A stretch of 64,000 nt of DNA from Nitrosopumilus sp. (GTDB taxonomy: Archaea; Thermoproteota; Nitrososphaeria; Nitrososphaerales; Nitrosopumilaceae), in NCBI GenBank assembly GCA_965224195.1, contig OZ245040.1:1856001-1920000 (forward strand). Direction: 5' to 3'. The notes beneath the pieces were generated by a model, which worked only from the letters and a program-made list of their open reading frames with translations, had not been told where the DNA came from and made no database searches. This document shows, piece by piece, positions 21,388-30,908 of the stretch. The position numbers and the translations under genes were made by a program. How positions within the stretch are numbered: position 1 is the stretch's first letter; each line of letters begins with the position of its first letter.

Positions 21388-21950
21388 CTCTTTACAAAGA
21401 GATTCATTCTGCTTTCGCCTGTAATTTCATCCAGGATTCGCTCTGAAATGTGTCTAATCGGCTCTTTAAACCCAACACGGTCTTGTAAATCCTGATAGCT
21501 TTCAAATTTTTGTTTTTCTCTTTCTTCTAACATAGTTTTCATGTATGTTTTTCCAATTCCTGGAATTAGTTCTAATGCATGAATTCTTGGTGTTAGTGGT
21601 TGTGCATTATTTAGATATGCAACAAATTTTTGTTCATTTGCAGTTACAATGGTTTCAACTACTGAATCTAATTCACTTTGAGCAGATGATGAAATTTTAG
21701 CATATTCCATTTTTCCCAAAACAGATAGAACTTTGGTTCGCCCTTCTTTTCCAATATAGATTTTTTCTCCAATCTCAAATGTAGAGTTTGGAATTCCAAG
21801 AACTTCTAGAAGAGTTAATCTATCTTCTCCGATAGCTGTAATAATAATTCCATCTCTACCTCTTACAGTAGATGATTTACCTCTAGAATTGAAATCTAAT
21901 ACATATGCATACTCCTCATACTTTCTAGCTGGGGGTTGTACCCGATACAA
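21384..21950 (-). CDS. DUF655 family putative nucleic-acid-binding protein
   Basis: EEYAYVLD, LELIPGIGK HhH motif; rpl21e-rpo4-DUF655-ksgA synteny. Confidence 0.9.
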   Translation of the reverse strand: MYRVQPPARKYEEYAYVLDFNSRGKSSTVRGRDGIIITAIGEDRLTLLEVLGIPNSTFEIGEKIYIGKEGRTKVLSVLGKMEYAKISSSAQSELDSVVETIVTANEQKFVAYLNNAQPLTPRIHALELIPGIGKTYMKTMLEEREKQKFESYQDLQDRVGFKEPIRHISERILDEITGESRMNLFVKR

Positions 21951-21970
21951 AATAGAATACTCCTAAGAAC

Positions 21971-22297
21971 TTACGAATGCTCCTTGATTATTTTAAGCAT
22001 TTTTTCTAGGGTTTCAGCAAGAATTAATTTTTTCCAACCAAATGTAAAAGAACGTAGTTCTGCTAAACTTGTAGGGCTAATGTTAACTATTTCAACAGAT
22101 TCATCTTCAGTTAATTCACAATATTTGATAAGTTGTTTTTTCATATCTTTTGCATCTTTTGATTCAGTTGATACAAATTTTGAAACATAATCATATGTCC
22201 AACGTTGAATTTGATCCATTTCTTCAACATCAACTTTACCTAAAATTTCTTTAACTTCTGCAAGAGAAATAGCTTGTTTCTTTTTTACTTCTTCCAT
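21971..22297 (-). CDS. rpo4: RNA polymerase subunit Rpo4 (F)
   Basis: ISLAEVKEIL...IVNISPTSLAELRS; synteny. Confidence 0.92.
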   Translation of the reverse strand: MEEVKKKQAISLAEVKEILGKVDVEEMDQIQRWTYDYVSKFVSTESKDAKDMKKQLIKYCELTEDESVEIVNISPTSLAELRSFTFGWKKLILAETLEKMLKIIKEHS

Positions 22298-22298
22298 A

Positions 22299-22598
22299 TC
22301 ATACACCGAATGGTTTAATGTGATCTAACCTAGTGATTAAGACTTTTGTTTTATCACCTAATTTTACATCAAGTGTGATAGCTCGTCTACCAACATTTGT
22401 AACTACACCTACTTTTCCGTGGTATCGTCTGTGTGGTAATCCTTTGTGCTGTCTTGGATCAATAATGACAAGTGCTTGTTGACCTTCTTTGTATTCACGT
22501 AACAAAAACGAGACTCCTCTAGGGGCTTTTTTTGTCATAATAGCTCTGGATTTGTGCTTAAATCCATGTGAACGACCAGATGATTTCTTAGTTGCCAT
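22299..22598 (-). CDS. rpl21e: 50S ribosomal protein L21e
   Basis: HKGLPHRRYHGKVG motif. Confidence 0.97.
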   Translation of the reverse strand: MATKKSSGRSHGFKHKSRAIMTKKAPRGVSFLLREYKEGQQALVIIDPRQHKGLPHRRYHGKVGVVTNVGRRAITLDVKLGDKTKVLITRLDHIKPFGV

Positions 22599-22653
22599 GA
22601 GTGTAAAACCTTCGAAAGCCCTATTTTAAGACTTAGTACATACTCGGTACAGT

Positions 22654-23709
22654 TTAGCCAATAAGATCGGTTCTGAGTTGGCCACATGCAGCTGAAATCT
22701 CAGTACCTTTTTCAATTCGAACAGTACAATTTACTCCTGCTCTGGATAAAATTTGTTCAAATTCTTTGACATTTTTTTCTGATGGACGCTTGAAATCACC
22801 AGCAGTTGGATTAATTGGAATTAAATTTACATGAGAACCATTTCCCTCTAAAAGATTAGCTAATTCTGTTGCAGTTTCAGATGAATCATTGATCCCTTCC
22901 ATAAGTGCATATTCAAAAGTCACACGACGTCCAGTTTTTTTAAAGTAATTTCTCCCGATTTCAATAATTTCCTCTACTGAATTAGGAGTTGCCGTAGGAA
23001 CCAATTTTTTTCTTAATTCATTATTTGGAGCATGTAAAGAAATTGCCAAACCTATCTGCAGATTTTCTTCGGCTAGTTTTTCAATTCCTGATTTAATTCC
23101 AATTGTAGAAATGGTAATGTGTCTCTGACCCAAACCAAATCCTCTATCATGTGTTAAAATTTTTACTGCTCGAATCATTTCATCATAATTTGCCATAGGC
23201 TCTCCCATACCCATAAAAACTAAATTCGTCACATGTTCTCCTCTTTGTTGTAATATTTCTGCAAAATGAATTACTTGGGATACAATATGTTCTGCATTTA
23301 GATTTGTTTCAAATCCCATTTGGCCTGTTGCACAAAATACACATCCCATTGCACAACCAATTTGAGTAGAAACACAAATGGTGGAACGTGGATGACCACC
23401 AATTTTAGTTGGATCATATTGCATCAAAACAGTTTCTACAGAATTATCATTTGTTAGATTTAACAATAATTTTGTCGTATCTCCATCATCACTTACAATA
23501 CGATGAGTTTCTTTTGCAGATCCAATTGTATAACCTGCTGTAGTCAAGTTCTCTCTTAGTTTTTTTGGAAGTTGCGGAATGTCATTAAGATCCTTTGGAA
23601 ATTTGTAATAAAGTGGAAGTAAAATTTGATCTGCTCGATATCTAGGATACCCCATATCTATCACTAGCTGTTCCATCTCTTCTGGAAATAATCGATAAAG
23701 ATCTGTCAT
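22654..23709 (-). CDS. rlmN: RlmN-type radical SAM RNA methyltransferase
   Basis: CVSTQIGCAMGCVFCATG, MGMGEP, AACGQL. Confidence 0.93.
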   Translation of the reverse strand: MTDLYRLFPEEMEQLVIDMGYPRYRADQILLPLYYKFPKDLNDIPQLPKKLRENLTTAGYTIGSAKETHRIVSDDGDTTKLLLNLTNDNSVETVLMQYDPTKIGGHPRSTICVSTQIGCAMGCVFCATGQMGFETNLNAEHIVSQVIHFAEILQQRGEHVTNLVFMGMGEPMANYDEMIRAVKILTHDRGFGLGQRHITISTIGIKSGIEKLAEENLQIGLAISLHAPNNELRKKLVPTATPNSVEEIIEIGRNYFKKTGRRVTFEYALMEGINDSSETATELANLLEGNGSHVNLIPINPTAGDFKRPSEKNVKEFEQILSRAGVNCTVRIEKGTEISAACGQLRTDLIG

Positions 23710-23799
23710 GATGTATTAACAGATTCAGGTAGGATATTTCATAATTTAATGATTCTACTTGTGTAAAATCAAAAATAATGAAAAGATGGAAAAGAGAGA

Positions 23800-24990
23800 T
23801 TACTCTTCTACCGGATCGAAATCATCAGATTCGATTTCTACTGTAGCCTCTACCTCAGGTGTTTCTACTGTAGCCTCTACCTCAGGTGTTTCTACTGTAG
23901 CCTCTACCTCAGGTGTTTCTACTGTAGCCTCTACCTCAGGTGTTTCTACTGTAGCCTCTACCTCAGACTTTTTTGCCTTTTTTGTAGTTGCTTTCTTGAC
24001 AGTTGTCTTTCTAGTCTTTTTCTCAGCTTCTTCAGGATCTACTACACCTGCTTCTGCTAAAGCAAAGATTACTTCTTCTTCAGGATGATGAGGACTATCC
24101 ACCATTCTGGCAATTCGTTTCTTGCCTGATTTCTTAAAGTAGATTCTGTAGGTACTAGTATGTGCAACTACATTTCCACCGATGGGTCTAGTAGGATCTC
24201 CAAAGAAGACATCAGGAGATGCCATAACTTGGTTGGTTGCAATTGCAGCACAGTTGTATGTTTCTGCAATTCTAGACAACAAATGGACAAAGTGATTTAG
24301 TTTTTGTTGTCTTACAGATAATGTTCCTCTTCCAAGATATTCAGCTCGGAATAGACCAACTGCAGAATCTGCAACAATTAGTTTAACATTGTTTTCTTCA
24401 ATTACCGGACCAGCTTCTTCTAAAATTAATATTTGATGTGAGCTATTGTATGCACGAGCTACTATGATATTGTCTAAAACTTTTTCAGGATCCATATCAT
24501 GTGCTTTAGCAATAGATATAATTCTCTCAGGTCTGAAAGTGTTTTCAGTGTCAATGTATAAGACAGAACCTTCAAGTCCACCTTCTTCTTTGCTTTTTTG
24601 AACCATCACAGACATAGTATGTGCAAATTGTGTTTTACCACAACCAAACTCTCCATAAACTTCAGTTAAAGCTTGAGTTTCAATACCACCATCAAAGAGA
24701 GTATCAAGACAATTAGTACCAGTTGTAATTCTACCAATACTTTGTCTATTTTTGTAAATTTCAGTTGCACTTGTAAAATGATTAGCAAGTAATCCACCAT
24801 CAACTAAATGTTGTCGGGCTTTATTGACAATTTTTTCAGCAGTATCCTTTTCCATTCCAGTAATAGATGCAATTTCAACAGGACCTCTGACGATGAGGTC
24901 CATGACGTTGTGGACACCTGCATCGGATAATTTTCTTGTAGTTACAGGACCTACGCCCTCTAAACTATCTAATCTTAAATCTTCCACCAT
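23800..24990 (-). CDS. radA: DNA repair and recombination protein RadA
   Basis: GEFGCGKTQ, YIDTENTFRPERI, GGNVVAH; acidic repeat tail. Confidence 0.97.
   Translation of the reverse strand: MVEDLRLDSLEGVGPVTTRKLSDAGVHNVMDLIVRGPVEIASITGMEKDTAEKIVNKARQHLVDGGLLANHFTSATEIYKNRQSIGRITTGTNCLDTLFDGGIETQALTEVYGEFGCGKTQFAHTMSVMVQKSKEEGGLEGSVLYIDTENTFRPERIISIAKAHDMDPEKVLDNIIVARAYNSSHQILILEEAGPVIEENNVKLIVADSAVGLFRAEYLGRGTLSVRQQKLNHFVHLLSRIAETYNCAAIATNQVMASPDVFFGDPTRPIGGNVVAHTSTYRIYFKKSGKKRIARMVDSPHHPEEEVIFALAEAGVVDPEEAEKKTRKTTVKKATTKKAKKSEVEATVETPEVEATVETPEVEATVETPEVEATVETPEVEATVEIESDDFDPVEE
23835..23966 (-). repeat. 27-bp coding tandem repeat (about 4.9 copies; EVEATVETP) in the RadA tail
   Basis: Exact repeats of TTTCTACTGTAGCCTCTACCTCAGGTG. 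Confidence 0.95.
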
Positions 24991-25020
24991 ACCGTATAGT
25001 ACGGTACCAGTACTTTATAA
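24991..25020 (-). promoter_or_regulatory. radA promoter: TATA box and palindrome ACCGTA-TAG-TACGGT
   Basis: TTATAAAG on the minus strand 23-30 nt above the ATG; inverted repeat at 24991-25005. Confidence 0.55.
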
Positions 25021-25034
25021 GGTTATTGTTTAAG

Positions 25035-25080
25035 GGTTCTGTAAAGTCTAGGGTTGCTCTGAAATTGTAAAAATCGGTTG
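25035..25080 (+). repeat. Left terminal inverted repeat (bipartite TGTAAA..GGTT)
   Basis: GGTTCTGTAAAGTCTAGGGTTGCTCTGAAATTGTAAAAATCGGTTG. Confidence 0.9.
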
Positions 25081-25094
25081 TTTTTGTCAAGAAA

Positions 25095-26090
25095 CTAATT
25101 TTTTCTTAGGTATTTGTCATAATGTCTACCAGCACCTAATCGTCTACATTCTCTACATTTTGCATGTCCATCTGTTGAATCAATTGCAAGATTTTCTGGA
25201 ATCATCTTATGATTCTTTTCACAGTATTTCCGAATTGGTAATTTAGGTCTTGGATGATATGGAATATCTATTGCCCATGTTCCATCATATTGTGGGATTT
25301 GATATGATGAATTTTTAAGAGATTGTAATACACGTTTATGTTCAGACATTGCTTTTCTCCTAATGTCTTCACAGATTTTGCAACGTCTTTGGGTACTACA
25401 TTTTATAAGATTATCTTCTGTGTACAGATGACCACCTACTTTACAACCTTTTATTGATTCTGTTTTTTGTTTTCTTGCTATTGAAATATTTTTAGAATGA
25501 GTTACTAATTTTAGATGGTCAGGATTACAACATAATTTATTATTACATGTATGGTGTACTATCTTATCATCCGGAATTCTTTCTACAAACAACTCGAACA
25601 TTATTCTATGAGGCGATTGGGTTATTCCATCTCGTACCATTCTTGAATATCCATTCCCATGAGTTGCACCCATCCACATCCAACATTCATCTTTACCACA
25701 AATTGCAATTTTTTTAAGAATATTAAGAACAGCATTATCCATTGGTTTTTGTGTATAGATTATTTGTCGAGTTGATTCCTGCTCATCATATTCTTTATTC
25801 TTTTCTTCATTGTTTCCTTGCAATCTACCATTTTGTCGTATTGTTGTTGGTTCAAGATGATCAGGATTCACACATGCTTTATTATGGCATGTATGGTGCA
25901 GAAGAGGTGGCACATTTCCTTTGATTATTATGTAGACTACTCTATGAGCTAAACTCTCTTTTCCAAGTTTACAGTTACCATATCCTTTTTTCGTTAAAGC
26001 ACCTTTCCAATACCAACATGTAGATGTTTTCTCTATCTTTTCAAAAATTTTTTTATGTTTTAGGTTGTTAATGTTGTATTGATGCATCAT
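25095..26090 (-). CDS. Double HNH endonuclease (phage homing type) with C-terminal Zn fingers
   Basis: Two CWxWxG..GY..HR..HHTCxNKxCxNPDHL units and two CxxxH..CxxC fingers. Confidence 0.88.
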   Translation of the reverse strand: MMHQYNINNLKHKKIFEKIEKTSTCWYWKGALTKKGYGNCKLGKESLAHRVVYIIIKGNVPPLLHHTCHNKACVNPDHLEPTTIRQNGRLQGNNEEKNKEYDEQESTRQIIYTQKPMDNAVLNILKKIAICGKDECWMWMGATHGNGYSRMVRDGITQSPHRIMFELFVERIPDDKIVHHTCNNKLCCNPDHLKLVTHSKNISIARKQKTESIKGCKVGGHLYTEDNLIKCSTQRRCKICEDIRRKAMSEHKRVLQSLKNSSYQIPQYDGTWAIDIPYHPRPKLPIRKYCEKNHKMIPENLAIDSTDGHAKCRECRRLGAGRHYDKYLRKN

Positions 26091-26126
26091 ATTCTTTCTT
26101 GAAAATCTGTAGAACAGAATCTAAAA

Positions 26127-26540
26127 TTAACTAAAAATTATTGCAATTGTGCCTATAATCATTCCAGCAATAATAGAAATCTTTGTCCATCTGATTGTTT
26201 CATTATGTCTTTGTTCAGACCTAATATCCAAGTAAATTGAGTTTGTGTATGGAACAAACTTTGGTTTTTGTGTAGGTTTTTTTTGATATTTTTCTTCATT
26301 TGTAACTACCTCTAAATGATTAGGATTAACACATGAATGATTTTTACATGAATGATGCAATGATGAGCCATTTCTAATTTTGCCCTTTATTAATTCATAG
26401 ATAAATCGATGGGCGAGGTGGTTCTTATCTAAAAAATTTAATTTACCATAACCTGTCTTTGTTTTGACTCCTTTCCAATACCAACATGTGTAGGTGATAT
26501 CTACCCATTTCATAATTCTTGTAGGAATGATCAATATCAA
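26127..26540 (-). CDS. HNH endonuclease with C-terminal hydrophobic segment
   Basis: CWYWKG..GYG..AHR..HHSCKNHSCVNPNHL. Confidence 0.82.
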   Translation of the reverse strand: MILIIPTRIMKWVDITYTCWYWKGVKTKTGYGKLNFLDKNHLAHRFIYELIKGKIRNGSSLHHSCKNHSCVNPNHLEVVTNEEKYQKKPTQKPKFVPYTNSIYLDIRSEQRHNETIRWTKISIIAGMIIGTIAIIFS

Positions 26541-26626
26541 TCAATATTCTCAAATGTATTTATTTTTTATAATCAAGGCTAGACAATTCAAAATAAACTA
26601 CCATACAAAGTACTCATGTCATAGAT

Positions 26627-27178
26627 TTATTTTGTTTTCATTATTTTTTTATTCTTTTTTAAACACCGTTTACACAAAGGAACCCCTTGTTTTTCTTTAA
26701 TATGAATAGGAAACATCAAAGGTAGTTTAAAAATTTCATCATAATAGTCCAAGGCAAGATGAAAGTCTTTTGAATCAATAACAAAAGCATTTTCCATCTT
26801 GTGGATAATTTTTTCATTTATTTCTTTTCTTAATTTTGTCAAATTTGTATCAATGACACCATTCCTAATACAATCAGAACATATCTGAATTCCTCCCTTC
26901 CAGTGTTCATTCAAATTTTTGGCTAACATTCTAAAAACAGACGTATCTACAATGCGTATTGATAATGTAATAACGAATACACATTTTAATCGTGAATTCC
27001 ATGCACTGTTTTTGTGGTATTCCTCAACTGCTTCGCTTGCCATTGCCATTGGAATTATGATAAATTTGTGAGGCATTATCATTTTGCCATCTTTAACATG
27101 ACCGCCAGCTTTTCTTATCCAATCATTTGGAGATGTAATTAGATAATCATCTGATTTTACATTGTGTTTTTGAGTCAT
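26627..27178 (-). CDS. Hypothetical protein
   Basis: 183-aa ORF with two CxxC pairs. Confidence 0.6.
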   Translation of the reverse strand: MTQKHNVKSDDYLITSPNDWIRKAGGHVKDGKMIMPHKFIIIPMAMASEAVEEYHKNSAWNSRLKCVFVITLSIRIVDTSVFRMLAKNLNEHWKGGIQICSDCIRNGVIDTNLTKLRKEINEKIIHKMENAFVIDSKDFHLALDYYDEIFKLPLMFPIHIKEKQGVPLCKRCLKKNKKIMKTK

Positions 27179-27204
27179 GATGATGATGAAGAAAAGTCCG
27201 TAAT

Positions 27205-27804
27205 CTAATTGGCATCATGAAGTAATTTCCAATCTAATTTCTCAGCATTAGTTGGAGATACACAAGCCAGTTTTCCATTTGTTCTTTCAACTAGAACGTG
27301 TTTGTTATCACTACACTCTATTTCCTGAGCAGTCATTTTATTTTCTATTTGTTGTTTTAATGAAAAATCTCCACATGATTGATCTAGTATTGATATAGTC
27401 TGCCAGTTACCCCCTATAACAGAACCACCAATGATTTCTACATAATCAGAATCATTCACAGGTATTTCTAAATGATAAAAACAGTTGGATTCAGCTTCTT
27501 TAATTTCACTCCAAGATTCATCTGTTTGTATTGCTTGCAAACTAAGTCCAAAGTCCAAATTTGTTAATCTAGGCATTTCTTTTGGAATTGATATTTTGAC
27601 TGTACCATTAATAGATTCATCTAGTGTAATACTTCCCAAATCTAGCTCTTTTGAATCCCAATTAAGAGAAATGTCAGTAATGTGGTCACTGAATGTTGTA
27701 ATAGTGTAACCGTCAATAATGAAGGTATTTTTGGTTTCTGCATTAACATCAATTATGAAAAATCCAGATATTACAAACAAGGAAAGAAAAAATATCTTTA
27801 ACAT
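27205..27804 (-). CDS. Secreted hypothetical protein with Nitrosopumilus-type C-terminal Cys motif
   Basis: Signal peptide; C-terminus SLKQQ..C..HVLVERTNGKLACV...AEKLDW. Confidence 0.75.
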   Translation of the reverse strand: MLKIFFLSLFVISGFFIIDVNAETKNTFIIDGYTITTFSDHITDISLNWDSKELDLGSITLDESINGTVKISIPKEMPRLTNLDFGLSLQAIQTDESWSEIKEAESNCFYHLEIPVNDSDYVEIIGGSVIGGNWQTISILDQSCGDFSLKQQIENKMTAQEIECSDNKHVLVERTNGKLACVSPTNAEKLDWKLLHDAN

Positions 27805-27860
27805 TATTAAATCTCGATTTAATTTTATTTAATATTTATTAAGAAAAAAAAGAAAAAAGG

Positions 27861-28943
27861 TTATGGGAAATCCCATGTGAGACCTGTGAAATTGTCTGTT
27901 ATCTTATCGTGTTTTACATAATAGGAGTAAGATCCAGTTTGAGCGACCATTATTCCCAATAGTTCTGAACCATCATCACTAAAGACTCCAGCACCACTAT
28001 CACCACCTTGTACACTCACATCAGTTCTTACTACGCCGATCAAGTATTTACTATCAGATGGAATATAGAGATGTACATAGTGATTAGTTACCTCTCCATT
28101 TTCAATACCTGATTGTGATAATGAGCTCTTTACTGATTTACCCGTAAATGTAGAACCAGTTGATGAAGCATCAGCCATTCCATATGTTTCTCCGTCTGGA
28201 ATATCACCAGAAAGAGAATCTACGAATGCACAGTCACAATAGACGTATGTACCTGGGCTATAAAGCTCTTCTACTAAATCACCTATACGAGAACCATTTT
28301 GAGGATGTTCGGCATCTGTACCTACAGCTAATGCTGCAAAGCAATGTCCAGCAGTAATGAATCCTGCATCGCCATCATATGTTGCAGCAAATCCAACGGA
28401 ACATGGAAAAGTTTTTCCAGGCATCCCGATTTCTACACCACTTTCTACATCATCACAGTTAGTTCTACTGCTACAAGAAGTAAATGATGCTTCCTCCATT
28501 GGAGATATAGTTACATCAATACTATTTCCAACAATAGAACGAATGATTTTTTGATATTTTTTAATATCTTTCTCGTTAAATTCAGTTGGATTGATTGTTA
28601 CTTCTAGAGCGTTGTCATCATAATCATAACCAAGACTAGTCCAAGGAAAATAGTTTTTTGCATCCTTATCTGTGCCTTGATAGTTTTCCATCAATACATC
28701 TAAAAGTATATCTTGTTGAACTGTTACCTCACGTTCTGCATCCGGATCATATTTTTCTTTAAGATCGGATTTAGAGGCGTTAGCTTTTTCGGATGTTTTC
28801 TCAAAACTAGCTTTCTGTTTCACGATATCTTTACCTATTTTGTCAGCTGTCTCTGCTTCTGCAAAATTCATACTACTAAATGGAAGAATCATTGCAGCTA
28901 TCAGAGAAGCAAACAAAATTGTTTTTAGATTTTTGTTATACAT
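27861..28943 (-). CDS. Secreted S1 (chymotrypsin/alpha-lytic-like) serine protease
   Basis: Signal peptide KTILFASLIAAMILPFS; CSVGF..ITAGHC, DCAFV and GGDSG triad motifs. Confidence 0.88.
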   Translation of the reverse strand: MYNKNLKTILFASLIAAMILPFSSMNFAEAETADKIGKDIVKQKASFEKTSEKANASKSDLKEKYDPDAEREVTVQQDILLDVLMENYQGTDKDAKNYFPWTSLGYDYDDNALEVTINPTEFNEKDIKKYQKIIRSIVGNSIDVTISPMEEASFTSCSSRTNCDDVESGVEIGMPGKTFPCSVGFAATYDGDAGFITAGHCFAALAVGTDAEHPQNGSRIGDLVEELYSPGTYVYCDCAFVDSLSGDIPDGETYGMADASSTGSTFTGKSVKSSLSQSGIENGEVTNHYVHLYIPSDSKYLIGVVRTDVSVQGGDSGAGVFSDDGSELLGIMVAQTGSYSYYVKHDKITDNFTGLTWDFP

Positions 28944-29193
28944 GTTATTAGCCAATATCATTTTTGATGTTAATATAAGGCTTATTCAAAGTATGAGAAC
29001 CGTACTTCAAGGTAGTAGGAGGCTCATGGAAAGTATGAAAGTCACAAATAGTTGCTATTCCATTATATTTCATGGCAGGCTAGAAAGGAAAATAAAGTGA
29101 ATATTCCCAACCGGACATTCATCACAAATACCCTCAAAATTTGAAATGATGTTCAAGTCATTTGATACCTGCTTTTAAAATGTAATTTTAAGA

Positions 29194-29799
29194 TCATAAT
29201 CGATTTTCTAATACGTTAACTAATCCACATACAGGGCATTTTTTGGTTCGAAGATCCAATTCATATATTGTGTCTTTCTTTACTTCACCTTGCGGTTTTA
29301 GTTCTGTTATTATTTTCATCTCATCTTTGATGATTAAGAATTCTACATTTCCCTTGCAGTTACCGCAATATGCAATACCCATCATAGCATCTGCTGTAGA
29401 TCGTTCACTGAATCTGTTGTTAAACCAATAGTGACATTCATGGCACTGCACTGTCACAATATTATTTTTTACTGCTCCGACTGTAGCCATTGTTTGTTTC
29501 TTGCAATGAAAACACATATGTGAAATTTCATCATTTACCTGTGGAAAATATTTTTCAATATTGCTAGATACTGGCGGTTCTCCACGTAATGGAATTTTTA
29601 GATCTATTGGCTTTATTTCATGACATACTTTACAAATCCAAACTTTCTGTCTTTGCGGATTTGTTTCATCACTACCGTACACCTTGACCACATCCACATC
29701 CTTTGGATATGTCACTTTTACTTCATCCCTGCTCCCTACCTTAACAAATCCTATGATCATTGCATTATGATTTTGTTTACAGTCTGGAATTTTTGTCAT
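29194..29799 (-). CDS. Multi-CxxC zinc-binding hypothetical protein
   Basis: Five CxxC pairs in 201 aa. Confidence 0.65.
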   Translation of the reverse strand: MTKIPDCKQNHNAMIIGFVKVGSRDEVKVTYPKDVDVVKVYGSDETNPQRQKVWICKVCHEIKPIDLKIPLRGEPPVSSNIEKYFPQVNDEISHMCFHCKKQTMATVGAVKNNIVTVQCHECHYWFNNRFSERSTADAMMGIAYCGNCKGNVEFLIIKDEMKIITELKPQGEVKKDTIYELDLRTKKCPVCGLVNVLENRL

Positions 29800-29815
29800 T
29801 TTGTTTCACATGCAT

Positions 29816-30112
29816 TTAATTAATTATATTTCCTATTACCTGTAACAAAAATCCAGTCAATAACATTATTGTACCTAATAACGCATTGTCATAATCGTTA
29901 AGTGTTTTTTCTATATTTTTTTCATATTGTCTGATATCCAAATCCCTGTCCAATCCTTTTTGTATTTGTTCATCATCTACTTTGATCAGTTGGTACTTGA
30001 TGTGTCCTATATCAAGATCTTTTTTTGTTTGAAAAAATGTAGTTACTAATACTAAAGCCCCACCCATATCCAACAAAAGACCAACAATTATTAAAATTGT
30101 AAAATCAGACAT
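29816..30112 (-). CDS. Two-TM hypothetical protein
   Basis: GLLLDMGGALVL and GTIMLLTGFLLQVIG helices. Confidence 0.6.
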   Translation of the reverse strand: MSDFTILIIVGLLLDMGGALVLVTTFFQTKKDLDIGHIKYQLIKVDDEQIQKGLDRDLDIRQYEKNIEKTLNDYDNALLGTIMLLTGFLLQVIGNIIN

Positions 30113-30131
30113 TTTTTATTTAAAATTATAA

Positions 30132-30395
30132 CTATACGTGATTTGCCGTTTTATCATTAATACTATTCAAATCTTTTAGATCATAAATCAATACATTGCC
30201 ATTAATCATAATCTTTCTTCCTTTCTTAAATTTAAAATAATCATATAGTTTGTCTTTTGACAAAATTCCGATCAATGGAATTATGTGAATAATACAATCA
30301 TCTTTATCTGCAATAAAAGATTCAAAAGATCCAGGAGTACGTTTCCATTGATCAATAAGTTCCAACTTTGTAAATGAAAGGTATTGAATCGTCAT
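30132..30395 (-). CDS. Hypothetical protein
   Basis: 87-aa ORF in a run of co-oriented small genes. Confidence 0.5.
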   Translation of the reverse strand: MTIQYLSFTKLELIDQWKRTPGSFESFIADKDDCIIHIIPLIGILSKDKLYDYFKFKKGRKIMINGNVLIYDLKDLNSINDKTANHV

Positions 30396-30661
30396 ATGTT
30401 TTAAAACCCCTTTCCATCAATACTTTTAATCATTTTATCCGTCCGATGGTAATTATTTAGATTCTAATTCCCAAATTCTATCATTCATTTTATCAATATC
30501 TTTTTTTAATTCTGATATGTCATCTCTTCTATTTTCATCTAATTGGTATAGTTCCACTATTTTTTCTTCAATTGTTTTACTCATATTTATTCCCATATTT
30601 TATTAGGTTCTGTCAACTTGTTAGCACATAGGTACAGATCTTCTTCGTGTAAACAGTCGGC

Positions 30662-30832
30662 TTATTTGACTTTGTGGGGTCTAATTACTAGCTTATTTCG
30701 TTCTACAACTGATTCTAATTCTTCCCCACCATGCCAATGTAATTCTTCAATCTGTTCTTTTGGCAAAGTCACTACATATTTTGTATATTCAACATTTCCA
30801 ACTTTTCTATTGAATCTCTTTTGTAGTTTCAA
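30662..30832 (-). CDS. AbrB/MazE-type DNA-binding protein (56 aa, not in the ORF track)
   Basis: MKLQKRFNRKVGNVEYTKYVVTLPKEQIEELHWHGGEELESVVERNKLVIRP. Confidence 0.8.
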   Translation of the reverse strand: MKLQKRFNRKVGNVEYTKYVVTLPKEQIEELHWHGGEELESVVERNKLVIRPHKVK

Positions 30833-30864
30833 CTACTTTTTGATGATTCTAACTAGTATAAAAC

Positions 30865-30900
30865 TTAGGCACCTAAATACTTATATTGTTAGGTGCCTAA
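30865..30900. promoter_or_regulatory. Paired TTAGG(CA/TG)CCTAA operators flanking the TATA-like core of the divergent abrB/transposase promoter
   Basis: TTAGGCACCTAA at 30865-30876 and TTAGGTGCCTAA at 30889-30900; third copy at 33326-33337. Confidence 0.7.
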
Positions 30901-30908
30901 TAGACCAC

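Noticed and set aside
23835-23966. RadA, Nop5 and TFE-beta repeats as CRISPR arrays
   Set aside because: They are contiguous in-frame coding repeats without unique spacers.
24563-24570. ACAGAACC/GGTTCTGT 8-mers at 24563, about 27419, 53933 and 60129 as further TIRs
   Set aside because: They lie inside intact genes and lack the extended TGTAAA..GGTT pattern.
30618-30908. 97-aa N-terminal extension of transposase 1 in the ORF track
   Set aside because: It runs through the TIR and antisense to the AbrB gene; ATG 30909 follows the promoter and operators.
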